Positions 24,606-46,166 of a DNA stretch of 64,000 nucleotides are shown here, piece by piece (the first letter of the stretch is position 1; the number at the start of each line of letters is the position of its first letter). The notes beneath the pieces are model-generated. The model saw nothing but the letters and a program-made list of their open reading frames with translations. It made no database searches and had not been told where the DNA came from. The translations under genes and the position numbers were made by a program. Origin of the DNA: Podarcis gaigeae (taxonomy: Eukaryota); assembly GCA_964106915.2 (NCBI GenBank), contig OZ066919.1; one strand, written 5' to 3'.

Positions 24606-25615
24606 GATTAACGGGAATTAGTATGACTCTCGAGGTTAATGTGAGGGGATGAGTTTGGTATATGGAGAGCAAGAAAAATCATATGCTCTTATTCTCTGGT
24701 GGCCCACGTGGGAGAAAGGTGAGTGCAAGTAACATGATTTGTAGACAGTAGTGCAACTCAGGGGGAAAGTACAGAGCACCACAAAAATGGGGTGCCTCAA
24801 ATGGCCATCTAGAGAGTGTCAGGTGATGGAGTCAGGAACAAACGACCTGTGGCAGCACCTGGGCTGGCATGGGCATGTTGTAGTCTATTGGCGCTGATGG
24901 TAGTCACAGCGGCATCCTTGTTTTCTACAACAGTTTTAGTCAGAGGGTGGTTAGCCAGGCATGTACATGCCACTCAATTCAATTTTTTACTTTTATTTTC
25001 ATCCTTGGTGCTCCCCCCCCAAAATAAACGTGTTTAACTTCAGGGCAGCAGAAGCAAATTCCATTGTATTCCTGTAATGCTAGTGCTATGACTTAAGTGA
25101 GTTTAGAATGTGAAACTGTACATGCTCAGAGTATTTCACAACCATTTATCTATTGTGCTAATGTATCAGGAATGTAGGAGCAGTTATAAAACATGGGAAT
25201 GGCTTAACTGACAACTGACAAATGTAATATGTGTGGCTGTCTAATGGGAGAGGGGTGTAAAACCATGGATGTGGCCAGGATTTTAGTTGGGGAGGGACAA
25301 AGTTGTTGAGCTTTTCTTGGGAAATCATGGATGAAAATACCTCATAAATAGGACATTGCGGGGGGGCAGGCTTCTGTTGGGGGGGCAGAACCTCAGATAA
25401 TTGAATACTTTCAATGGTTTTCAATAATATTTGTGAATCTTGGGAGGACAGCAGCCCATGTGTAAAACCATTAAGTTCAGTGTCTAAAATTACCTAGGTG
25501 CACCACTGCATGTTGCACCAAGTAGTTGTGATGTGGAGCTCCTACTCACTGTCTCATTGGCACAATCTTTTTTTCCTTTAAAGCCTCATTTATCGTGGAA
25601 TCGGATACAGCACCC

Positions 25616-25771
25616 ATGTTGCCCTTGCCTGGTGCATCTGGGGAATCCTTGCAGTCCGTACCATCACTCTGGACAATGGTAGAGGAACAATTAGCACCCA
25701 GTGAGAGGCTTGAGGCGAAAGCTATCTTGGGTCATGGCCTTGTGGAACGGAGCTTGGAACTTCATGCTGAG
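25616..25771 (+). CDS. CCDC24: CCDC24 coding exon 1 (exon starts about 25584)
   Basis: Polypyrimidine tract with AAG acceptor. Encodes MLPLPG...SLELHAE. Donor GAG|gttaag. Confidence 0.85.
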
Positions 25772-28700
25772 GTTAAGTACCAAAATACTGGATCTCCTAT
25801 TCAAAATGATTCACAAAAGAGCAGAACAAACAAACCACCTCTTACTACACAATTTAGAAGTGGCTGGTGACAAAGGGATATCTGAATAAAGCATCAAATC
25901 TAGGTCTCATCAGCTAAAGAGGCAGCACTAATTTTGTAAGGGGATTTGACTGATGAAAGGGCCCACCTTTCATGTCTATATATTGAGTGGAGTGGACAGT
26001 GCTAAAATTGAGTGGAGCTAAGAGAGGGCTTATAAATTGTATTAAGCCCCCTTCCACTGAGCAATGGCCACTAGTTTTGGCATACATGCAATTTCATATA
26101 AAGTAGCATTCATGTGTATGATAATCTTGTATGGAGAAAACCTCTGGTTTGCCACTTACATCTGCTTTGAGTGCTGTTTAATTTAAGTGAAAGGGAAGCA
26201 TATCTGAGAAGGCAAGTCAAGGAGGGGATAAAATATTGCAACCACCCCCTCCCTGTTTGACAAGGTCCCCATTTGCCAGCTCCCAGCTCAGCTGGTTCCT
26301 AATGCTTGGCCAGAGCCCCTAATCCATGCTATTCCAGGCCCTTTGTTCTCCTCCAGCCATTCATGCCCTTTCTTTATTCAGCATGGTCCTGACTGCAGCT
26401 GAGAAGAACAGTAAACATCCCAGAGGCTTTTCACATGGTAATTGCCTTACCTCCTCTTGAAACCAGAAGAGCAAGCACAGCACACCCTGACAAGATGGCA
26501 CCTTTTTCACTCTATCACTTCTTCATGTTAAAGCTTTGCTTGAGATCCAGCCCCCCCATTGTGATTAGTGACCCCTCCCCAGCCTTTATGGGGTCTCTCC
26601 CTCTTCATCACAAGCCTGATAAATGTAGCTCAGGTACTGCCTGTCTCCCTGCTGTGTTCTTGTATGTGTCTCTGCTCCCCTCCCCAATTGGATATCTGAG
26701 AGGCCGCCCAGGGAAGCAGCTGTACCATAACGTTCCTCTTGTGGATGTGTGGGGCCAGAAAGGGAGTTCTGGCGCTTGCCTGCCTTACAAATATCCTGCA
26801 GATATTTTTGCGGCATGACCTTGACTTTCCTCATGGGGGGAGGGAGAGAATGATTGTGGGTGGGCTGTCTGCAGCTTTGCACCTTTTATGGAGTGTACAG
26901 ACGGCAACAAAGTAGTGCCCTCTTGCCAGCTACATTGGAATGACAGTGTCCTGGCTGGTGATCTTATCTTCTGCAGGCAACTTTGCCCACTTTCTGCAAA
27001 AGAGTTCTTTTTTTTAAACCTAAAAACTTGACTCTTAATCCTAAAACACACTTCACATAAACTAATAGCCTCATAGTCTGTTCCCAGTCTTTGGGGAGAT
27101 GCAACGTTTTACTGAATTCAGTGTGCTCTCTCACACATTTATCACATTTGCGGCATCTTTTATTTCCTTGATGCATGACATACCTCCAAAAAGTTGTCAG
27201 TTCCCTGACTGTGGCCTTTATGAAATGTAATTGTCTACCATCAGGTGAGTAATTAACCCTTGGCTAGGTATTGGTTTTCTTTTCTTGCAGGCAGGCACCT
27301 GGCTTGATTTCCAGATGTGCAGAATAGCAATACTGGGAATGGGAGTGCAACTTGTATTTTTAGGTTGTGTCAGTGCTTCATCATTTGGGGAGGTGGAGGG
27401 TGGGGGAAAGATTACTTTGAGAAAGTTACTGCAGTTTGTGTCAGTGTGCACATGTGTGAATTTCTGCATGTGGCAATGCACTGTCCCTAATGCAGTCCAA
27501 CCCCTTCCCTATTTACAGGTGCGGACACTGTTGGAATTACATCAGGAGTTGCAGTCAGGCCGCCTTGGAGTGGAGCAAAGCCCACTGCAAGCGGATGACA
27601 GCTGGGCCTTGCTGGCAGCTCCCCCCAACCTCAAGGAGCTGGTGAGGGAGGAGATCCGCCTTCTTCTAATTGGCCTACAGCAGAAGGCATCGCAGGAGGG
27701 CAGGTACTGGAGATTGGAAGAGAAGGGACTTGAGAGAATTAAGGGCTGAGTTGAGGGGGAGCAGGTAGTAGGGATAGAAGAAAAGCAAGCAGAATATCTT
27801 AGGACCTGAAGCCTATTTGATAAAAAAATGAGCCCATTAGTTTCCAACTGATGTGGCTGGTGGTATTTATGTGTGCGGAATGGGTGAGTTTTATATCATC
27901 TTTTGGCCAAAGCAGTCTAGATTGAGGAAGCCATAACTATTTGTTATGAGAGGCTTAGAGTTTCATGGGACAAACCAGTTAGGAGGCTAGACAATAACCT
28001 GATTGTCTCTCTTAACAAGAACAGGATGAGGGAAACCTCTGATTCCACTCAGATATAAATAAGTCCAGTGCCACCTAGTGACTAAACTATATATTTACAC
28101 TATTGACACAGTATTCTTTCTCCCTTTGCCTTCTAAGGGTGACTGTTCCAGAAATGCTTACTAGGAAATATCAGCTCCAATGCAATTTAATTGGCAGTTC
28201 CAGTATAGTTTCAACATGATTGCCGCTCAGATGGCCAATGTCCAGCAAAAATAACCTGTACCAAACATATGTTTGCACCACACACCTCCATCTGTAACTT
28301 GCGCTCCCATTCAAGTGTAGCTTGTCAGTTTGTGTGCCTCTCTAGTCTTTTTTATCTGTAGAATTAATTCCAGCCTTACATTCCCATTCTTTGGGTCTCA
28401 ATCACATAACCTTTGTCATTCCCACTTAGCTCCCTTACATCATGCAGGAATTGCATTGCTGAGCGCCTCTATCAAGAATGCCAGTCCTGCTAGTGCGTTT
28501 GTTTTTTATGGTGTGTTCAGTCCATAGCCTGAGGCTGGGATTATGTCCCACCTCCAAAGTGAGCATTCATCCAAGTGAGCACTGGGATCAGCACCTGCTG
28601 GAACCCTTGCCTGAGGATTTGCTCCCTGCCTTAGCCCTGTGTAACCAATGAATAGCTCAGTGAAGGCACGGATTAGAACAGGCTGGCTAGTAAGGGATGA

Positions 28701-31700
28701 GCTCTCAAACTCCTCATGCTGGAGTTGTTTGTACCATGTTGCCATATCGGAGAATCCCTTCACACCCTTTAAACCTTTCTACTATCTCTCAGTCACAACC
28801 TGAAATTCTGCATTTGTTACTTACTTTCAAATAGCTCCCCTCTTGTTGAATTGACATGAGCACAGGTCATGGCTCCCTGTGTTCTGCCTAGAACTGGGTG
28901 GTCCAATAAATGGCCTGAGGGCTGCATGTAGCCCTCAAGGCCTGTTTTGTTGGCACAGGGCAACATTTGACACCCTCCCCAGCCCTCATGCTGCCTTCCC
29001 AAAGCCAGATAAGCAAGGCACTAGGCTTAGCGAAGGAGGTGTAAAGGACCTGGCAGGGTCCTAAAGTCCTCCTGTCTCCTACCCAAAGCCTAATTACTGC
29101 TTCTCTGGAGTGCTCTAGGACCCTCCCAAAGCCTGTTGTCTCACTTAGCTGGCTTTGGGAAGGCAGGGCAAGGACTGGGGGGTGGCATCAAATTTTTGCC
29201 TCAGTCTCCCCACTGCACAATACAGTATGTGTTCTGTTGGTTCTGTGTCAAACTACTTTTGTGGTCTACCTTGGTATGGAAAAATGGACCTCACTGGGCT
29301 CTTTAGTCCAGCTTGTTTTTCCTTTTAGGCTTCTATTCATTCCAGCTACTGGGTGGTTTTGTGACCCAGCACTGCCACCAACTGGTCTTCTCTTGTCCTT
29401 GTCAGCCCAAAGACTGGGGATGAACAAGACTTATAGCTGTATGTTTTCTGCTTCACAGGAACCAAGATTGTGCCATCGCTAAATACAGCCCTCATGTGGT
29501 CACCTTTGCACTGAAGGCAAATGCTGGCAATAGTCAGTCTTCATCTGGGAGCAGTGCCCTAATCAGGTAAGACTGAAGGAAGCTGCAGCCTCCACACAAT
29601 GAGCTTCTGGGCTGTGACTTGTTCTTACCCGGAACACCATGAACTGTATCACCACAGGAGGTCTCAGAATCCAGGACTGATTTTGTCTGTAGGAAGCCTA
29701 ACACCACAGAGTGCCATATGCCATAGACTTAGAAACCTAGCAGCAATAGGTTCTTTTTGCATTTATGGGCAGTTTGGGGCTGATCACTATTATCCCATTT
29801 GATCCTTATACAAGTTCCAGGAGCGGGGTCTTGCAATGAGTTGGCCTCCCTGCTGGTTTCAGTCCCATTGTGGCATTAATCTAGAAATGTGTTTGTATTA
29901 TTTATATAGAAATGCATATTATGCATATGTAGAATTAGCAGTGGTGTGCCCACTTAAATTATAAGTCTCCATTTTGGATAGAACCTTAATGTTAAGTCAG
30001 AGAGGCTGTGAAATTACAAACTCAGCCAGCAAAGATGGGGCAATATCAATGGGGTGGGGTGGGGAGACTCACTGAGCAAGCAGAAATCTTTGTGCAGGGC
30101 TTCCACTGACAGAGATGTAGGTGAATCCCACCCCTAGTATGTTTTCCTTTTATATCTAGTTGAAGAAACCAAGAGCAGGTTGGTATGCGGAGGTACAGTC
30201 TCTCAAACATCTTGGTGAGGTTCCTGGGCATATCAGCTCCAGTTTCTGTGGTGTTAAGTACCACCTGTAGGTGAATTTCAGAATGAGTTCCCTTCTTTTG
30301 GCTGATATGGACTTAAAGGGAGGTATAGACCACATTCTAGTCCATTGGGTGGGGTTAATTTCATAGCCTATATCATGCTCCCATTGTTCTTTGATTGCAT
30401 CAGTGTTGTGGGGATTTACTTTAGTTTGTTTTGGAGAAATGGGTGTGCTGTTGTGGGGATGTTTTCGATGGTATCCCCATGAATTTTTGTTCCTCTGCAG
30501 TTATGGTTGGCATGGTCAGCCCTGTTAGGAATCTTCTGATTTCCTGTTCAGGTGGGTTGCGGGAAGTGTATAGGTTGGCATAAAATTCTGAGGTTATTTC
30601 TTTGGTGGTGGATGTTAATGCAACCGTCTTTTATAGTGACACAGTATATACTTGTTTTGAGTGATTCCCCCCCCCCCCCCGCATCTGTTTGCTAATAGTC
30701 TGGAGTTCTTCCCTTCATATTCGTAAAAGCATTGTTTAGGGTATAGGATGTTAATCATTGTTTTTTGTTCTATGAATTTAAGGAGGTTTTTTTGGCTCCT
30801 GTTTGTTTGTAGTGTGATGACAAGGTTGAAATGTCTTGTTCTAATTTACCAATTTTTGAGGAAGTTTGTTTTTTAAGGGATCTCCTCTCCTTTTATGTAA
30901 GCTCCTCTGATGACCACTTGCATTGTGTTCCAGAGAAGGGGGGTTGCAATGTCGTCTACATCGTTGTCCTTAAAGTAGTTTTGGAGAGTTTTCAAGAGAC
31001 TCTCTAGGTAGTTCGTTTGTGGTTAGGATGGGGCTGAAGGACCATGATTGGGTAGTTTATGCTTCCTCTCCTGTTAGAAGGGTTGCTTCTACTGGGGCAT
31101 GGTCTGTGATTTTAATGTTCTGTGTCTTAGTCCTAAGAAGCATGCTAGTTCGGTTTGATGAATCCCTGTCCTGTGACAGCCATACAGAGAGGATGGGAGT
31201 ACAACTCATTGAAAGAGACTAGGCGTCCTGGAAAGAAAATGACTGACATCCCCAACCAAATTCTGTTACCTGATCCTTGTGTCAGTGTCCCATTCAAGCT
31301 TTGTTTAGTGCAGGAATGCCCAGTTGCAGGCATCAAGCCTGTCTGGTCACAGGAAAATGCAAGTCTCATCCAATTTCTGTTTCCTTAGGCCATTATTCTC
31401 CAGAACCGCTAATCTGGAATCCTTCTGTAATAAACTGAATATTGCCCATATCAGTGAGGTAGCCTCTCAACTTCGGTAAGTTTTTGCTCTATTAGGTTTT
31501 TTATTTGCACAAATATTGTAAGAGGGAAGAAGGCACAAGAGGGTTACAGGTATCCGTTGCAGGTGTCTGGAAGGCAGATATAACAGAAGACCTTGTGTCT
31601 GAGAACAGTAAACTCACTGCAGAGACAGAAGGGAAGCTGGGGATGGCATTGTGTGAAAATGTGTGCAGATGGACCCAAGCAGCTTGTATTCTACCTTCTA

Positions 31701-34700
31701 ACTCTCCCCATCAGCTGTCTCCCAGTCTGGCCTATACCACAATCATGAAGACAAGGCGGGGCAAGAGTCTCTTTCCAAACTTCCTCTGGGTACAGATATA
31801 GTTTCTATGGCACATTTTGCTCTGTGTAATTGCAAGGAGTGAAGCAGATGAAACAACAGTTGTGGCAGAACTTGGTGGGAAGGGCATAGCATAAAAAGGT
31901 GGGAACCTCAAGAGAAGGTCAAGAAGCAACACTGGAGTGTGGTGTCTAAGCCATACATAGTCTTGGCTCCCAGTGCAGTCTCCAGTGGGGAACACACAAA
32001 GGGCTTTGTAAAGATTCTTCCATCTTGTGCCACTGGGCATTCTGCATATTCCAGGCACTATGTATAGTTATTGAAGGGAGCTTACTCACGTCCACCCTCA
32101 GAAATGCCAGAAAGTGTTCACCAGCCAGGAACTTGGGGAACTCTGAACAAGGAGAACAGCAGAGTACAAAACAAGGTTTAGAAACACTGTCGGCATTAGA
32201 GATACTTGTACCTAGTTACGAACTGCTTCAAAGAAGTGTGGTTTTCTCTTCTCATCCCTAGCAACATGAGCTGCCATTGCAAGCAGATAGTGGCTATCCT
32301 CAGATCTAACTTTCATTTGAATTGCCAGCCCCCACATTGGGAACGTAAACAAAAAGTGAGGAAGATGTGGAAACACCAAGTCTGTAGTGCTGGCAATTGT
32401 TTTCTGTCCCAAATGTATCACCACCTTTGGGTCTCACAGGCTGTACCATTTTTCCTAGAACCTTGCTAGAGGATGAGTGCTCTGATCTGGAAAGATACAT
32501 CCCCTATTTACAGGTAAGGGCTGAACCCTTCTCATCTCAAGGAGGGTCTCTAGAGTTCCTCATAAGCAGTGTTTCTCCCATGCGCTTCCAAGCATCTGCT
32601 TCAAGTTTTGGCCAATAGGTCTGTGAGACTGGTTTTTGTTGCAGCTTGGGTGGAGCATCTGCAGCAACATTTCCTCAGCCCTTCTAGACTATTGTGTAAG
32701 AACAGAGGCAAGGCTCTGTGGGATCTGACCAAAGCCCCATCTAGTCTAGCACCCTGTTCTCACAGATGCTTATAGAAAACTTGCATGCAGGATATCCCCA
32801 CGGCACGTCATCTAAGTTGGCACCCATCCCTATATCTCATGGGGGCAAATTCCATAGTTAACTTTTGTTTGTCCTGAATGTTGCAACCATCTTCTTCATT
32901 GGATGGACCCAAGTTCTAGTATTACTGCTCTCATGTCTTCCCTCCTGCCCACGTACATAGGAGCTTGGTGTCAGAGCTGTATCTACAAAGCTGTTCCCAT
33001 GGCTATGGCAGCCTGGGTTAGAACAGGCCTTGGGTCAGAACTCTTGAGAGGAGTGACAAGGGTGTTTGGCTTCCATACCAGTTCTACAACTGCCCAAATA
33101 GCTAGCTTTTTTGTCTCCTTCCCAAATCTGGGGGACAGGGAGGGGCTGAGGAAAGATGTGAGTGGCAGGAAAACTGTTATGATGATTTGGATGTGAAAAC
33201 ACCATCACATTGGGCTGCAGGACTGCTGCAAGAGTACTTCCTGTCACCAGTGTCTGATGATGATGATGATGATGATTATTTTCAAAACACACCTTTGCAG
33301 CAGTACACCCATAGTGCTGAGAGCTGCCAAGTTATGAAATCACAGTGACTTGTGACTGCGGAATCAGGGTCAAAAGAATTGTTCAACTGCAGTTGGCATG
33401 ATCATCTAGTCCCAATGATCATCTACTCCAACCTCCGGCAATGTAGGCTATCCACTGCTAGAGCATCCCTGAGAAGTGGTCATTTAGCCTCTGCTTAAAA
33501 ACCTCTAGCAAATGAGAGCCTATTAAGTCAGCCCACTAAGTTTCTAAGTCAGCAACCTGACAGACTATTTTCCAGAAGAATATGAAACAAGCGTCATCAG
33601 CTGAAGGGGCTGGATATGCTGGTGTGTATCCATTAGCTTTCTGCAGTGACTGGGGCAACTAGAAGGCTGGGAGGAAAAGTAAGGTATTTAATACGGGAAG
33701 ACATTCCAACACGAGGAAAACCTGTAAGCAGAGACATGTACATCTTTAAGAGAAATTGTATAGTTAAAGGTGCAGCTTCTTTCTTCTGTGTTGTGTTTCC
33801 TATAGCATTTTTCATGTTCCACAGTGCCAACTGGAGGAGGCGCATCAGCATGCTACAGAGCTGCTAGAGGCAACACATGAGCCCACCATGGCTGGTATGC
33901 AGAACCCGAGTCTCGGATAAGGCCAGGCTGGGAATTGGGGAAGGGATGCAGCATCATGGTGCCTATAGCCATCATCTTTAGGCAGGTGTTGCCAAGGAGT
34001 GGCGTTTGCAGTGGGGCATGGTCTCTTTGTGAGTGCCAGCCCCAATGCTCTTCATGATTGTTGCTTCCCCCAACCCCCATGAAATAGGGTCTTCTCTCCA
34101 CAGAATTACAAGAGGAGAAGCGTGCCATGGAACGGGATTTGCAGCTAAGCCAGCCTAAGCCAGGCACCAGCCCTTCCCTGATGTCGAAACATCTTGGGAG
34201 TAGCAGCTACCAGCCGCAATTCAGGTGGGCCTGCAAGCACCAAAGCTATGATACCATGAAGCTGCATAATATTATAACTGAGGCGTAGCTGTCAAACTGG
34301 CGCCTGCAGCAGAGAGGTGCAACCATAGTTCAGGGTTGGTTTATTATTCTATGGCAGAGGTCACCAATGCAGTGCCCTCCAAGTGGGGCTGTTGGGAGTC
34401 TAACATCTAGAGTCTAACATCTTGTTGGCTCTTTGTGCTGTATGGTCTCTAGCATACCTGCCATATTTTAAGTAAAAATTCTGGAGTTTGTTCTGCGCAG
34501 GACCCATTAGTTCTGCTGTAGTGACTAAGGCTCTTCTGTCCTTGACGCTTTACACGGAAAGATGCTTGGTCAACACCTCCTGCTTCTTGGTAACCCCTTC
34601 CTTTCCTTTTGCAGTGGCTTGAGAGGCTCAGCAAAAGGACCAAGCTTTGGAGAGATCAGTCCTGCTTCTTCACCAAATCTCAGAGACCAGGCTTCTCCTT

Positions 34701-34984
34701 TATGCCATCAGGCACTACCCCGGTGGGGCCACTCAGCACGAGGGTCCTATGGATGGCCGCAGCGAGATGGTGAGGAACCCAACCATGCCAGGAAGGACAA
34801 TGATGTTCTGTTGCCCAGACCTGTGCTGCCAGTGCCTCTGAAAGGGGGCAGGATTGCTTCATCCTGCGGGCTGGCAGTAGCAGGGTTGGACCATGTCTTC
34901 CACCCCACACCTCCTACAGAGCCATGCCCAGTGCCCCGCTTCTGCCCTCGCACTCGGCTGCTGCGATGCAAAGGACCCAGCTAG
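25616..34984 (+). CDS. CCDC24: Coiled-coil domain-containing protein 24, join(25616-25771,27519-27703,29459-29566,31389-31475,32459-32513,33825-33894,34104-34224,34615-34984), 383 aa
   Basis: Segments PSLWTMVEEQL..SLELHAEV, LLAAPPNLKELVREEIR, KYSPHVVTFAL, LLEDEC and EPTMAELQEEKRAME resemble CCDC24. Phases are consistent (1152 nt), and the gene is syntenic between B4GALT2 and SLC6A9. Confidence 0.88.
27519..27703 (+). CDS. CCDC24: CCDC24 coding exon 2
   Basis: tttacag|GTG...AG|gtactg. Encodes VRTLLELHQE...QKASQEGR. Confidence 0.9.
29459..29566 (+). CDS. CCDC24: CCDC24 coding exon 3
   Basis: cttcacag|G...AG|gtaaga. Encodes NQDCAIAKYSPHVVTFALK. Confidence 0.85.
30180..31250 (-). mobile_element. 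Degenerate L1-clade LINE ORF2 fragments
   Basis: The - strand gives peptides IKITDHAPV (APE SDH motif, about 31100), LLWNTMQVVIRG (about 30920) and YRWYLTPQKL (about 30255), with many stops and frameshifts. Boundaries are approximate. Confidence 0.7.
31389..31475 (+). CDS. CCDC24: CCDC24 coding exon 4
   Basis: ttccttag|G...CG|gtaagt. Encodes PLFSRTANLESFCNKLNIAHISEVASQLR. Confidence 0.82.
32459..32513 (+). CDS. CCDC24: CCDC24 coding exon 5
   Basis: tttcctag|A...CAG|gtaagg. Encodes TLLEDECSDLERYIPYLQ. Confidence 0.85.
33825..33894 (+). CDS. CCDC24: CCDC24 coding exon 6
   Basis: ccacag|TGC...G|gtatgc. Encodes CQLEEAHQHATELLEATHEPTMA. Confidence 0.85.
34104..34224 (+). CDS. CCDC24: CCDC24 coding exon 7
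   Basis: ctccacag|AA...AG|gtgggc. Encodes ELQEEKRAMERDLQLSQ. Confidence 0.8.
34615..34984 (+). CDS. CCDC24: CCDC24 last coding exon
   Basis: Strong polypyrimidine tract ending ttttgcag|T. In frame to FHPTPPTEPCP...RTRLLRCKGPS followed by TAG. Confidence 0.78.
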
Positions 34985-35369
34985 AGAATGGAGAGCTGCC
35001 GCCTTCCCTTAATTACCCCATTTCCCGCTCCCATGCTACAGAGTCTTCAAGGGACCTAGCCCTGCAGCATCCTGTGCCTCAAGAGTTGCTGCGGTTGCCT
35101 TTTGCTCATCCTTGTGAACAGGGTCAATGGGATTCCAGGGAAAGCGAAAAGGCAAAGAAATGCATACACACAACCTCCCCCAACCCATGAATGCAGATAA
35201 ACTACTTGCAAGTGGGACCCATGCCAGTGAGATGCTTCTTCTCCTTCTTGTCCACAACACAGGACAGTGGGCCTTGTGGCAGTGAGGCTGTGAACCCAAC
35301 CCACACCTTCCCCATTCCTCCACGCACACCAAAGAACTGTACCACCCAAGGTTCAGGAATATAAATTTC

Positions 35370-35375
35370 ATTAAA
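35370..35375 (+). terminator. CCDC24: Probable CCDC24 poly(A) signal ATTAAA
   Basis: Common variant hexamer about 390 nt after the stop, in an AT-rich patch. Confidence 0.45.
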
Positions 35376-36325
35376 ATCTATCAGACTTTAAAAATCTACA
35401 ACTGGAAGAGTCACAGTATGGGAGACGCGTCACAATTATTGCTATGAACAATGAGGCGGCAATGCTAGCTGCCGCCTTCGACACAGGAGGAAAGGTCAGA
35501 CACGGAACCATGCATTAAATAGTGCAGCCTCGGCGCAGAGGAGGGAAGGTCTGGGGGCTTGCGGCTTAGGGCAAAAGTACCATCATGGCATGGCGCCATC
35601 TGTCCCCCCTCTCCCTCTTAACTGCTCACGATGCAGACGTTTGGCACTTGAACGCTGGCTGCTATGCCCATGCCACCAGCTGGAGCAGGTACCACGTGGG
35701 TAGGAGCCAGGTGTGCCCTCGCTGTTGGCACCATGGCTACACCGCAGCAATCGTGCACGGCTGGGAGCTGAGGGGTGCCCCCCCCGACATGCACTGTTTG
35801 GCATTGGTTAAGTGAATTGGCATCGGGGTACAAGACAGGATTGTGGCTGCCGGGGTCTCCTGTCTCCTCCACCCAGGCGTTTCTAGGGGGTAAAGTGCAG
35901 GCAGCAACACTGACATGGGAACACGGGATGGTGAGGCCGGAAGACGGAACCATTAGTACCTCCTACCCATCTGAGGCAGCACAGGCCCTGCTTTGTGTTA
36001 GGGAGAAAAGCCTTGGAGCTGGAGACGGGGCTGGTGCCTATGGCCAACTTCTCCAAAGCTTCACCATGAAGCTAGCAGCTTCTGCCCCCACCACTAGTGG
36101 AGAAGTGGGCCACATGGAACCCAGGCCTGGCCAGGATAGCCTTTAGGGAAGCTTGTGCTTTTGCTCTGTGTGTGTGTGTGTCTTTCCCACCTGCAATGGT
36201 GTGGGCAGGACTTGGCACATCATCTGCTCTTAGCACCATGGTTGGCTCTGTCCCTTTCCCTGTGGGATAGGGCACAGCTAGGTCCCAATGGTCTCTTACC
36301 TTTGTGGAGACCCCATTCAAATTAA

Positions 36326-36331
36326 TTTATT
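36326..36331 (-). terminator. SLC6A9: Candidate proximal SLC6A9 poly(A) signal
   Basis: AATAAA on the - strand, about 1.2 kb after the stop codon. Confidence 0.45.
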
Positions 36332-37522
36332 CCCTTTAGGGGAAGAGTGTAGAAAAGTGCTTCAGAATAACAGGCTTGGGGGAGCATCCAGAAGATGCTG
36401 TCTAGACCAGGAATGCACACCTGGGCAAAATCTGTCCAGTGGGCTGCATGTGCTGCCCAGAGTCTGTGTCGCTGCCCAAGATGTCTATCATGGTAATACG
36501 GTGCATCCAGCCTCTCAGCTGTCGCTTTTTCTATTTGTGAGAGATGCTGTTTGCTTATGTTTCACTCTGCAGGTGTGCGATTCTGGATGGTGTGCAAATA
36601 AGGCTCAATATTAAGATCAGGAGGGAGACAAGTGCATATTTTTGTTCATGGAGTTGTGATCCTCCCATGCTCTTGCAACCCAATTAAAGAGAGCTCTCCT
36701 GCCCCCTACCCACCCACCCCAATCATTAACCTGCCAAATTCAATACATAGTTTCTAGCAGGAACGTTTCTTATCATGGGAGGCCATGGCGAGAAGTGCAA
36801 ATTGGTAAGTGCTGGGGAAGCTAGCTTTCCTTTCCTAGGTGGGGAAGCTGGGAAGGTCTGGGCAGTGGTTGGGGGGGGGGGAGGTGCAGTCTTAAGTGCA
36901 TCTCTGGAAAAGCCCTCGCAGGGGCAACAGCCTAGCTGAAGGCTGCCTAGCCTGTGGCCAAGCGATGCCTAGAATGTCAGGATTAACATTTACAATTACA
37001 ACCAACCCTCTTTCCCTCCCCCCACCCCAATCCCCCATTTGCTTATCTGTGGGGCCAGTCCCCAGGGCCCTGATCCAGGGCAGTATGGGGCATACCACCC
37101 CCAATAGATACCAGACCCCCTGGGCCCAGGTGCAGCTGCCAGAATCCACCCCCAAAGGGGTTGCTGAGCCAGCGAGGCTCCAACCGACCCTCCTCCTGGT
37201 GCCCTTTCCCAAGGCACCCCCAACGGTTCAGCCAGTACACACCCTCCCCACCCCTGACCATGGTCCTGGTTGCGAATTGGGGCCATCCGAACGTGACTGT
37301 AAACATGAGGGTTACAAGATGGCACGGGGGCACTAATGAGGTGGGTGGGGTTGGAACTCACAGCCCCTCCCCCAGAGTCCGGCGCAGCCCGGGAGCCAGG
37401 GCTCCCCCACCCAGTGGGGGGGCACTGTCATATATCTGAGCAGAGTAGGGTTTGGAGAACCAGGGCAGGTGGGAGAGGGGAGGTGCAAGGAGGGCTCCCT
37501 GCCCTGCCTCCCAGGCTCATGT

Positions 37523-46166
<8,644 letters not shown>

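Noticed and set aside
27507-32515. Identical 14-mer ccctatttacaggt at the CCDC24 acceptor (27507-27520) and at a donor (32502-32515)
   Set aside because: Splice-consensus-like, low-information sequence with no extended similarity. Chance is the simplest explanation.
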